Shown: in pieces, positions 1 to 11,259 of the stretch
How the letters are laid out: every line of letters begins with the position of its first letter
Position numbering within the stretch: position 1 is the stretch's first letter
DNA from: Oopsacas minuta
Lineage: Eukaryota > Animalia > Porifera
Length of the DNA stretch: 64,000 bases
NCBI GenBank assembly: GCA_024704765.1
Contig: JAKMXF010000222.1
Location: forward strand, 1,616,400 to 1,680,399
Reading direction: 5' to 3'
Program-made: the position numbers and the translations under genes
The notes under the pieces: model-generated
What the model was told of the DNA's origin: nothing
The model's database searches: none
The model's input: the letters and a program-made list of their open reading frames with translations, nothing else

Positions 1-3000
1 GTAGTTGGAGTCCAGGTAAAATCACTATCTTGAACCAATCCAGAGGAACCCATATCGTAAACATGACAGGTATCGTGAATATGAGAGATACTAAGAACAC
101 GACAGCCCATTTCTTAGTGACGTCATGATTCACTAGTCCAGCTAGTTTGTTACCAGTCACTTCTTCTGCTTTGAATCCTGAGCTCTTGATACGCCTCAGG
201 ATTTCTCTGGGAGTAACAACAGACGGATTGTACTCGATATGAGCTCTGAAGAGAATTTACATAATTAGAAATGTAATGTATATTATAATGTTACGAATAA
301 ACGCGCCGACAGTGGCCTAACGTGGTAAATTATTACCCTGAGTGGAACCTCAAAAGCCCTGTACAAAGTCCAGGTGTGAAATATAATTTAGCTTACTACA
401 GCAGAACCTCGTTAATAGGTACACGAGCGAACCTTCGAAATTTATACTTCTTATCCGGAGTATTTATTATTAACCAGGGCAATATCAATTGAATATTTCT
501 TCGTATTAACCGTGTTCGTATTAGTGGTGGGACCCGGTTCCAAAATTTCGATTAATATTTGATACCCGGGTAATATAATATTACACAAGAAATAGCATAG
601 TCTCTAGATACTATCCCTCCTACCAGTGTAGAAGCTGAAAGTGCATCTTCCGCACCAGGCATTTTCAACACGATGTTAAGATCTAGTTTAAGTGACGCCT
701 CCTTGGATTCATTAGTATTTCTCAAAGGTCATTTCAAGAATACTACAAAATAGTGGACTGGCAGAATAATTACTACTAGTTGATGACAAGATAATGCGAT
801 AGGTCTTTAGTTATCTATTGTATTAAATTATATTGCTATTTAGTTTGATTGACTAACATATATTGTAGTTAATGGGTAGAGAACATGACAGATTTGATCC
901 TGAAATATTCGACTTATTGTGCTTCTCTGATAAGAAAATAAGCATGTAACCCACTGTAATTCAAATACTCGGGTACCCAGTTATAGCCGGATCTTAGATA
1001 ATGAGGATTCTTTAACGGCCCTAGTTCGTACTAACGAGGTTATATTGTATACTGTTAAATTAACTAAACATTTCCCTTCAGGGTATTTACAAAATAAGTG
1101 TCTATCGATATTGTACACCTCCAATCTTCCATTCTGAGGTGAGTTAATATTATCTCTGGTTCTATCATGGTTTGATGCCTGTATTATGCACCACAATCTG
1201 ATTGGCTTAAATTATACCACCCAGTAATTCACAAATATATATTGCTAGTATTAGATTACAAGGACTGTGTACACCATAATAATGTAATAGAATGAGTAAT
1301 CTACTATAAGATAGTGTATAATGCTGACCTGTTTGTAGATAGAGTAACGGAAGCCTTAGAAACACCTTTATACTTCTTGAGTGCTCGCTCTATAACGAAC
1401 ACACATGAACTACAACTCATACCATGGATAACTACCTTCAGCACTGCTCTTTTAGACTCAGCTTTGTGTTCTTTAAGTGTAGCTCTGTAGCCCAGATTAG
1501 CAACCTCAGGTATCAGCTCTTGGACATCTCTTAGCTTAGGAGGATCGTATCTAATCCATAATATACGTAATTCAGAATTGCAGAATACAGTCACTTCCCA
1601 TAAGTTCCATTATATCGAACAAGCATATATGGAAATACCCGATTATATTGAAGTCTGGAAATGTACAATTATGGTTCCAAACAGTGTTTTATCTAGCCAC
1701 CCCTCAAAATGAATATTTCTAATACCCTCCCTGACGGGTATAACCATATAAGCAGTAAGCTTCATGTTAACCCCACCTTAGGCTTCAAGTTTCAACCTAG
1801 ATCCATTCCTGGTCCCCAAACGTGCCAAACTAAATAAAATAATCTGTTATATAGAACTCCGTAAATCGAAGTAATTTTCGCAGTCTTTGGGCTTCGATAT
1901 AATGGGAGTTGCCTATATCTCGTAGTATACTACTAAGAACTAACTTGACTATAAGTTCCTGTGTCAGGAGTTTGACAGTAACTGAAAGGACTCCATTTAC
2001 CGTGATTAGTCGCTCTTCTGTTATCTTAACACATTTATGTCCCTTAAGACCTTCTAAAGAGAAGGTAGCTGTACGAAACTGACCAGATAGAGATATGTCT
2101 TGACTACCGAGTAGAGGACGTATACTATCTTCCCCTTCTCCTTCTCCAAGAACCTCTTGTTGATTCGCTCCAATAGCTAGAGCAATACATACATCGTATA
2201 TATATATAATGTACTTGAGAGCCCTGTATGTGTATATCTGTATATTAGGGCAAAATAAGCCTAGGAGCGCTAAATCATACACATACAGATAACATTCGGT
2301 AACTCGAACACTCGGGGGAAATCAACATCTAAATATAATCGAGTTAACGGATGTGATAAGTACTAAAAGTATAACGAAGGGTTATGAATATTCGTTCGAG
2401 ATAAACTGTATTTTTAACGTAACTAACCTATGTTTGATCTGTTCATGAGCGCAATCTTAAAGTTAAGAGAATTCAACGCAGTACCTATGGCAAGAAGTAC
2501 TTCATCCCTCTGATGGAAGAACACGTCTACTCGCTTCTCTTTGAGATGTACCTGCACCCCTTCTACTCCTGGCACATCCATTAGAGTAGCTCGTACCTTC
2601 TTAACACACTTACAGCATTTCATACCAATAACTGAAAAGCTAGCATCTGAGCAGCTTCCTTTCTCAACATATGTCATATTCAGTTCTGATATTATTGGTA
2701 TCTGAGGAGTAGCTGTTACTAATTGTAATTGTTCATCTTCGAAGTATGCAGAACAAATTCCTGTGAAAGATAAAATGACGTCACTAACGTATCATAACTT
2801 ATAAGAGAGCTATAGAGTACTTACCTGGTAAATTAGAAATCTCTTCCAATCGCAACTTCTGAGCTTCTAAATCTTCTGGAAGGACTGCTTGACCTCTGAC
2901 ATAGAACCGATCAGCTGATCTCCAGGGCCTCCTTTGATAACTGCCTGCAATAGTAGCTGAGAATCCTAGACCTTGAATTTCTTTCTCAATAGCTTCACTA

Positions 3001-3467
3001 GTATTATTCACGTCTAGTGACTTCCTAATCTCAGCAATACTCAGCTTAGCTTTTAAGAATACCTCTAGCTTGTTTAGTGTGTATATCCTGGAAGTATCGT
3101 GAGGATTCTCAGGTGAATTCATGGTTGTTTCTATCTTCGCTACACAGGAATTACATCTCATTCCTTCAATGAGGGATAACACGAGTAGAGTTGTTTCTCT
3201 GTGTAACTCGTGGAGTATAATTATCTCTTCAGGATCTTGGGAAGTTGTCAATAAACGCAGAATATCGTCATGAGGGGTATATTGGTGCGCACGAAGGAGG
3301 AAGAATACATAAGGAGAGGTGTTGGTGATATCAGGTGTCTCTATCGGTATAATGTATATTCCTTGGTCAGATAGTCTCTGTATGGTGTCAGGCCAGCTGT
3401 CAGAGTTGGAGTGCAGCTGAGTTATAACGAGCAATCTCTCTATTGGATATGGTTGATTTGCAGACAT
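1..3467 (-). CDS. ATP7: Copper-transporting P1B-type ATPase (ATP7A/B-like), 5' portion; gene runs off the left edge
   Basis: Phase-consistent GT-AG exons 3467-2825, 2760-2428, 2176-1945, 1550-1329, 245-1. HMA motifs GMRCNSC, GMKCCKC, GMSCSSC. The last exon reads AHIEYNPSVVTPREI...KWAVVFLVSLIFTIPVM...ILPGL, matching the ATP7 final metal-binding domain to TM1 transition. Confidence 0.93.
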
Positions 3468-3871
3468 CGTAGATAATAATTGAATCTTATAATTATGTAT
3501 AAAGTTTTAGCAAAAAATTTACAAATAATTTTGAATCCGTAGATTTATAGAATATCATCTAAGGTACCCATACTCAAAGAATGGTATCACAAAATCGAGA
3601 AAATTCTATTATAATCTAGTAATAACTTTAGGAATAATTATTACTGATAATTCACTCATGATTCTAATATTAGTATGTATCTATGTATCATCTTATTATG
3701 CTACTGAGCTAATAGAATTAGTTATATTCTGTATAAAATTAATTATCATTAGTTGAAAGTATACAATATTTAATTAATAATATAATACTTTAATAGACAT
3801 ATAATCAAATAATAGCTATGTATGTATGACGTAATACATGTATTCAAATTGTAATTTACAAATGAATCATA

Positions 3872-5185
3872 CAGGGTGGCTTTAAGTCCTGACCCATTAT
3901 ATATTTTATTGTTCACATTGCTTGACTATTCTTACATAGATTTACTAATCGATATTTCAAAACACATATTGAAACTAATTATATTTGATTGAATTATTCA
4001 ATGTAGCCACCTTTCTTTGTGATTACTGCTCGTAGACTCCCTGGCACTGCCTCTACTGCGGCGCGCAGGGCTTCTTCTGGGATCCTAGCCAATTCACGAA
4101 GTAGATCCTTCTTTAAAGACGCAATATTAGCATGAGCTTTTCGCATGCATTTTTCTCCAATATCGCTCATATATAGAGAAATCCATGGGATTTAGATCCG
4201 GACTAGACGGTGGCCATTCTTCTTTAGTGATAAAATCGGGAATTTTTTATGAAAGCCAGGTCTGAGTGATACGTGCTGTATGGGCTGGAGCCCCATCTTA
4301 TTGAAACAAGAATCGATACTTGTTAAACATGCTAGCACCCAGGTCTTTCACTACAGGTTCTAAAATGCGATCCTTGTATTCTGGAGAGTTGATTTTACAC
4401 GCTGAGGGACAAATATCAGTGGTGTCCGTCCAAAACCGGAGACCCCTCCCCAAATCATCACTGAAAGTGGCTTTTGGACTCTCCGAACATAGCGGAGTTC
4501 TTCATTTATAGTGGAAGAAGTAGAAGATAAGATCCTGTCGTTTTGAGAGTTACTGGCCTCCTCAATTGTGAATAACTTTTCATCTGAATACAGAACATTA
4601 TGATAGCCATGTTTTGCGAGCCGACTAAGAAGCTTTTTGTTACGAAGTACTCGTTTTTGTCGAATCGCAGTTGAGAGATAGTGTACCTTTCTTCATTTGT
4701 AAGAAGATGGACCCAGGGAACTTTTCACAATCTTATGAACTGATGTACGCGATATTTTGAGTTCAGATGACATTTTTCTCATTGATCGGCGTGGATTTCG
4801 CCGAATTCTGTCTCTGATTATTTTCTTCATCCTGGTTGTGGTTACAGTAATTGGACGTCCACTTCTACTTTTGTCTTTGACACTACCAGTCTCAAGATAA
4901 CGCTAGATAGTACTAAAGATAAATTTCCTCCGCTCTTTAGGGATATTCAATGATCTCATAATGTCACATTGGCGCTTCCCATTAACAAATAATTCAATTA
5001 TAGCAGACCGTTGTTTTTCCATCTGTGCAGTGAAGGGATCGTGTAGAAATATCACTCAGTTCTAAGTAATAATTATGCTAGACTACATACATATACAACA
5101 TATCTAAATATCATAACCTAAGAAAATATATTTATGCTTGTTGTAAAACTGCAAATATAGGGGTCAGGACTTAAAAGCCACCCTG
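3872..5185 (-). mobile_element. Decayed Tc1/mariner-superfamily DD37D (maT-type) DNA transposon, 1314 bp
   Basis: TIRs CAGGGTGGCTTT(T)AAGTCCTGACCC at 3872 and ending at 5185, with TA flanks. Transposase remnant 5022-3994 has internal stops and the motifs SDEKLFTIE, DGAPAH and WPPSSPDLNPMD; 37 residues separate the 2nd and 3rd Asp by manual count. Confidence 0.92.
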
Positions 5186-5226
5186 TATACGTAATGTAGA
5201 AATGGTAATTGATTATTGGTATGATA

Positions 5227-6951
5227 CACATTTTAAACTTTACTGTCAGTGTTACTGTGGCTGTGTAAACGTTAACGTGGGTGGTTACTAAAAGTTGGGA
5301 CGGGATGATATCGGCGGAACATCCTGAGAAATGACCACTCAGCCCACCCACCCGTCCGCCGGGACTTGAAATAAATCATTGATTTTGATTTTAAATCAAA
5401 ATCCTTAAGAAACTTTTCAAGTAAAAATCAATCAACAAATGATTTTAATTCATAACAAAATCATTCAAAAATCAAAATTAAAAACAGAAGTGAAGGAATC
5501 CAAAACGTAATTGAATTTATAAGCCGTACTATCGGATTGTATTCTGAGAAATATATATTTGACAGTAGTACACCCTCGGTTATCCGAATACCCTCGTCAT
5601 ACATTTTCAGGTTGTCACTGTTAGGATAATCTCAAAATGGCTGTTCGCAGGGCGTATCCAGGGGTGGGGGGGGATTTGGGTGTTCAAACACCCCCCTCAT
5701 AACTGGTTTCCAAAAGAGATATGTTGTTATTTATAATTCGATTTTCCTTAATATTTACAGAATGCTATCCAATTTTCACAATTACTTTTTCAAAGAGGTT
5801 TCCAGACGATGTCCCAGAAGACTCCAGATGACTAATGTAGTATTAGCAGAGTAAATTTGTATTCACTAAATAGTATAAATAATTATGTAACAAAATTATC
5901 ATGTTATCTAAACATAAACAGCTAAACAGCTAAACAACTTTGGTACAACTGCACAATATTACACTCCATCTACTATGTGACAAGAACAGCTGTACATCGA
6001 TGTTTGAGCGTCTCTGATTCACAAAATTTTCTGGGGGGCTTGACCCCCAGACCCCCTTACCGTCGCTCGCTTCAGAGCACCCCCTCACGATAATCCTGGA
6101 TACGCCACTGGTTCGGATAACCGAGGTGTTGGATAATCGAAGGTCCACTGTATAATCTTTATCCGGAAATCAATACTGTTGACTATACTACAGTATTCAG
6201 GGCCGTAGGAGTCGGTGCGGCAGGTGCGACGCTCGCTGCACCAATAATTTTCAGCTTCCGACGTCCCTGGTTATTGTGAGCACAGTAAAAAATCATCAAT
6301 GATTTTTTAATCAAATACGAAAATGATTTTTGATTGATTTGTGAAGATAAATTATTTTATTTAATTAAATATCAAATAATTTCTTTGCTTTTTACTGTGC
6401 CCATAATACTGTAGTATAGTCGACAGTTTGACTTTTGAATAAAGATTATCAGTAGACCCTCGGTTATCCGAACCGCTGGAAGAAGATTTTGTTTGTGAAA
6501 TTGTTCAAATTTCATCTCAAAAGGGAGCTTTAGTCTACTTCAGCGTAAAATATTCAAATTACAAAATCTTCATTTTCATATATCCCCGAGCTGTGAATGT
6601 CATATAGGAAAATACACTATTTCAGTTATCCAAACACCAAACTTGCAAATGTATGGCGAAGGTGTTCGGATAACCGAGGGTGTACTACTGTACTGTCAAA
6701 TAAATATCTCTCAGAATAGCAATCAGATAGTACGGCATATAAATTCAATTACGTTTTGGATTCCTTCACTTCTGTTTTTACGTGTTTTTAATTTTGATTT
6801 AAAATCAAAATCAATGATTTATGTCAAGCCCTGCGGCTGCCCGAGTAGTCATTTCTCGTTCCGACGATATCATCCGGTCCCAACTTTTAGTAACCACCCA
6901 CGTTAACGTTTACACAGCCACAGTGACACTGACAGTGAAGTGTGAAATTTG
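5227..6951. repeat. Large imperfect foldback (inverted duplication) containing nested MITEs
   Basis: 5227-5628 is the reverse complement of about 6626-6951; 6111-6197 pairs with about 6406-6473; GCACAGTAAAAA/TTTTTACTGTGC flank the centre near 6335. A CAG(T)GGCGTATCCAGG-terminated element occupies about 5648-6110. Confidence 0.8.
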
Positions 6952-7249
6952 TTATTAATTTACTCTCAACAGAGTCTCAAAACTGGAACATTTTTCTGAC
7001 ATATTTGCTAAGTAAGCAATCCAATGATGTAATTTTGGCCTGAAACTAGTTTGTAGATGTAGACTACAAACTATATTCAGGTCAAAATTGTGAGTAATGT
7101 CAAATATCAATCATACATTTATTCAGGCCAAAATGTAACGTTTAAAATTTGTCGCAAATGATAGAATTCCTTAGCACTGACTTGACGTATCCCTGGTCCA
7201 AGTCCATCAATCAGTACCATTGTCTTAGTATAGAATGCTATGGTACGAG

Positions 7250-9205
7250 GAAGCGCCTGCAATTGATCGACTTTCTAAGGTTTGCAATTGATCGAAAATA
7301 CAATTGTCGATGAATTGTAAACCAAACAAATGAAACTGTAAAAATGTATACTCAGAAACGTTTCATTATATAAATAAGTGTACATTTCACCAATTGCTTA
7401 TTCGAATACGTACCTATCTCTAACTTTATTATCATTCTTAACATGGACTACGTTTGCGGAAATTATAAACATAAAAGGGGAACAATTTTCACTACTCCAG
7501 ATGGTTTTAAATACACTCAACACAATGCCAGACCTGGGGTAATCTATCTCCGATGTGTTTTACATCAGAAAGTAAGTGTAAAAGATCTGCAAAGTTAAAC
7601 TCTGAATCCAATACTATTGATCCTTTAAAACACCATAACCATCTAGTTTCTGATTATAATACTGAAGTTTTAGTTCTAAAATCTAAATGTGTTTCTGCGG
7701 CGAGATCTTCACGTGAAAGGTTATCTAAAGTGTTCAAAGATGTTGTTCGTGATGATCCTTCTGCAATTGATGTGTCATACAAAACTTTAGAGAGTGCAAT
7801 GTATCGAGCAAGAAGAGAAATTGAACCACCTATTCCTAAAGGTGCTACTGAATTTTGTCAACTTATTGTATCATCTGATTTTGGTATATACTACAAAGGT
7901 GAAGTACAAGTAGGTTGTGAAACTGGTGTGATATTTTTCTCAGATAAGATAAAGATTTCTCTCTCTGAAGTGGATCACATTTATTTTGATGGTACATTTT
8001 ATACGGTACCATCCCAGTTCTATCAATTGTGGACTATTTTCGCCCGCTTTGGACGCAATGTACTGTCGGTTATCCATTGTCTTCTTACATCCAAGCATGA
8101 GGAAATCTATACAGTTGTTCTAGCTAGAATACACGAACTTGTTCCGCAACTAAAACCTATCCATGGAATGTCTGATTGGGAGAAGGAGGCTAGAAATGCT
8201 GTAAAGAGAGAGTTCCAAGGTATTCATCTACGAGGATGTCATTTTCACTATACTCAATGTATTTGGCGGAAAATACAAAAGTTAGGTCTGTCAACTGTTT
8301 ATCACAATAATGCAGATTTAAAAAAACTAGTTAGATCATTTATGACTCTTTCTTTCCTTCCTGAAGATCAGATTATATCTGTATTCAATCAACTGGAAGT
8401 GAGAGATTTTCCTCTTAGTGAAGTTCATATGAATCAATATACAATTTTTAAGAAGTATTTAATACGTCAATAATGGATTATTTCTATTCCTAGGAACGAA
8501 TTATATATTTTTAACTGCCAACATGACACAAATAATGGAGCAGAGAACTACCACTGTAGACTAAAAAGGACATCGTGGTCTCTCACCCGCGTGTATGGTT
8601 TTTGTTGAAATCCTCAATAAGACGATACAGGATACAGATTTAGATATTCAGCGCCTAGCAAAAGGTATTAACATTACTCGAAGTCGTAAGTTGAAGGACA
8701 TCCAAAATGATTCGTTTCCTGCTCAATGCAAAGAAAAGCTTGTGTCGGGAGAATATAGTCCAACTCAATATGTGGATGCAATAGCTAGCTCTATCCACCC
8801 GGATACAAACCCAATAAACCTGCTTGGAGATTGCCCAGATGAGTCATTGTCGGATGAAGAGCCTGAAGATGATATTCAGGTTAATTGTTGTGTGTGCTTA
8901 TTTCAGAGAGTAACAACAGTCCTATTTCTTCCTTGTAGGCATGCAAAATGTTGTGAGGAATGCAGTGCATCCTTGGAACAATGTCCAATATGCAGGGCAA
9001 TATATAGAGCAAAGATTCAAAATTTTTACTTAATTTTTTCTCTCCAATATATTTTACTGTTGTTTTTCATTTTTCATTCAATAACTTTTCTCAATTCATT
9101 AATTAAATCATTATATTCTCAATAATATTAGTCAAGGTTAGGATAAATCAATTCTAAAGTCGATCAATTGCAAACCTTAAAAATTCGATCAATTGCCGCG
9201 CCCCC
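7250..9205 (+). mobile_element. Decayed Mutator-like element (MULE) with FLYWCH-like N-terminus, DDE domain and C-terminal RING finger
   Basis: TIRs containing GCAATTGATCGA..TAAGGTTTGCAATTGATCGA; 8-bp TSD GGTACGAG (7242-7249 and 9206-9213). Transposase starts at ATG 7443 with motifs DGTFYTVP, SDWE, CHFH and TNNGAENYH. Frameshift near 7560, stop at 8471-8473, further shifts near 8570-8600. Confidence 0.92.
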
Positions 9206-9382
9206 GGTACGAGTAAATGACTGGCAATCATTTCAACCCTCCTCTCTCACTCTGACTACCGATCAGTCTCCGGGTAGAAATCTAGAGCTCTATATCTCTT
9301 ACCTGCAGCAGCCTTCCCAGCTGCACTATACCTTGTTATAATATTACACGTACCTATTTCTATCATTTACTATAACAGCTCT

Positions 9383-10411
9383 ATGGATTACTACGCACAA
9401 GAGGCAGGTGCTTCCAGCAGTGACATAACAGATAGCTCACTGACTCCTTCTCAAGAACTTGAAGACAGAGAGTACGACTTACGGGAAGAAAGCATAAAAT
9501 ACAAACTTGTCTCTGAGACTACAAATGCAGATATCAGTTCTAGACCTTGGGATTGGGCACAGAGTCCAGAGTTCATTCCCAATCAATTATCTCACTTGAC
9601 TGACCCTGATACAACAGCTGATCAAAATGGAATGATAAGTCTGAGCAAGGACTCAAATGGAGAGCTGTTAACTAGTCAGATACAGAGCACACAGTCTCTC
9701 ATATACTCCCCCTACCAAACAACTGCCTCTATTTCCTATGCTGATGCTGCAAAGAAACACACTTTGGATTACTGGGGGTATACCACATATGATGACTCCA
9801 ATACAAGATACGAACAGTGTGACATGTGTATGGAGTTCTGCCTAGACTCTTGGGACACAGACCAGCAGAAGGAACACAGACGTGTTTGTACTGCTAAGAT
9901 AGAGCAAGAGATGGAAGATGCGTTTGCTTACCAACGGAGTGAGGAAAAGGTATGTGCTATTTGCTATGAAGAAGTATTAAGTAAAAGTTTCTCAGAGAGG
10001 AGGTTTGGAATTTTATTAGGATGTCTCCACGTGTTCTGTCTATCATGTATACGTAAATGGAGAACAAATAGTGGGGGAGATAAGAACGCAGTAAGAAGCT
10101 GTCCTCTCTGTAGAACACATTCTGATTATGTCATCCCCAGTATATACTGGGTTGAAGAGACAGAAGATAAACTAAAGCTAATTACTCAGTATCAGAAGAA
10201 ACTCAGTAATATAGCCTGTAGATACTTTGATGAGGGAATGGGAACGTGTCCATTCGGAAACAATTGCTTCTATATGCATGCATTTCCTAACGGAGAGGTT
10301 CACAAGGAGAAGATTAGGAAGTATGGAAACTCTGAAGGAGAAGTCACTATTATTCAACCTGTTTGTCTCAGCCAGTTCATACAAGAAAGAGATAATCGCG
10401 GTTTCTCTTAA
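9383..10411 (+). CDS. MKRN: Makorin-family RING E3 ubiquitin ligase, single-exon ORF
   Basis: PAM2-like WAQSPEFIP; makorin Cys-His motif CDMC...C...H...C; C3HC4 RING CAIC...RRFGIL..C.H.FC..C...CPLCR; C-terminal C3H finger CRYF...CPFGNNCFYMH. Confidence 0.93.
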   Translation: MDYYAQEAGASSSDITDSSLTPSQELEDREYDLREESIKYKLVSETTNADISSRPWDWAQSPEFIPNQLSHLTDPDTTADQNGMISLSKDSNGELLTSQIQSTQSLIYSPYQTTASISYADAAKKHTLDYWGYTTYDDSNTRYEQCDMCMEFCLDSWDTDQQKEHRRVCTAKIEQEMEDAFAYQRSEEKVCAICYEEVLSKSFSERRFGILLGCLHVFCLSCIRKWRTNSGGDKNAVRSCPLCRTHSDYVIPSIYWVEETEDKLKLITQYQKKLSNIACRYFDEGMGTCPFGNNCFYMHAFPNGEVHKEKIRKYGNSEGEVTIIQPVCLSQFIQERDNRGFS

Positions 10412-11259
10412 CTCTACAGGTCTCTACAGATCTCTTATCCCTACCACTATAGTTTTGCTTCGATCCGGTTTCAATTACACTAACGCTGTGTGTGTGTGTG
10501 TGTATTTAAGTGTGACTACTATTAGGCTACTATTTAGATGATCAACACATTCATATTCAAAGGAATGTAGTTATCCACTCTAGGTTAGGCTGTGTATATC
10601 GCTAATTATCAATCTAGCAGTGTATTTATCCGGTACCCTATCTTTACTGGTGCATGATCGCGTGCTGCGTGTAACCAACAGAATGTATACCTGTAGAGGA
10701 TTATTATGTATATATATCCTCTACTTAATGTGCTCCTAGTTTTCTTTATAATTGGACTTTACATTATTCATGATCCAGTAACAATGATTTCTGACTTGAA
10801 TAAAGACTCGCTCAAACGTATTATATTATTCATTCTTATTAATTTACAAGTGAATAATGATAACATGTAATGACTCAATACAGGATCGAAGTAGTAAATT
10901 TTAAAGCGGTAAGGCAATGGTTTCAGCAGCCGCACCGCTTCCCAGAGTTGGAATTGAGTTCACTTTTAGAATCCGAACCGAAACTGAAATCGACTAAACT
11001 TACAATGGAAAAGATTTTGGAACTGAATAACCTGGAACTCAACCGAAACCCGATTCGACCCGATTCCAACTCTGCCGCTTCCTGCTGCCGTGAACTACGC
11101 AATGGTTGTTAATTTCATATAATATGTTTCTATTATTTTCATAAATATATTAAATGCTATTCCAACCATGGATTGTATCTGAAAGTGTTTGAGGCCATTT
11201 TCAGAATTGATTTAGTAGGGTTTTATCCATTAGTATGTTATGTTCCTTTCGGTATATGA

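Noticed and set aside
8880-10140. Derivation of the MULE RING from the adjacent makorin RING
   Set aside because: Different RING subtypes and spacing, with no visible nucleotide similarity.
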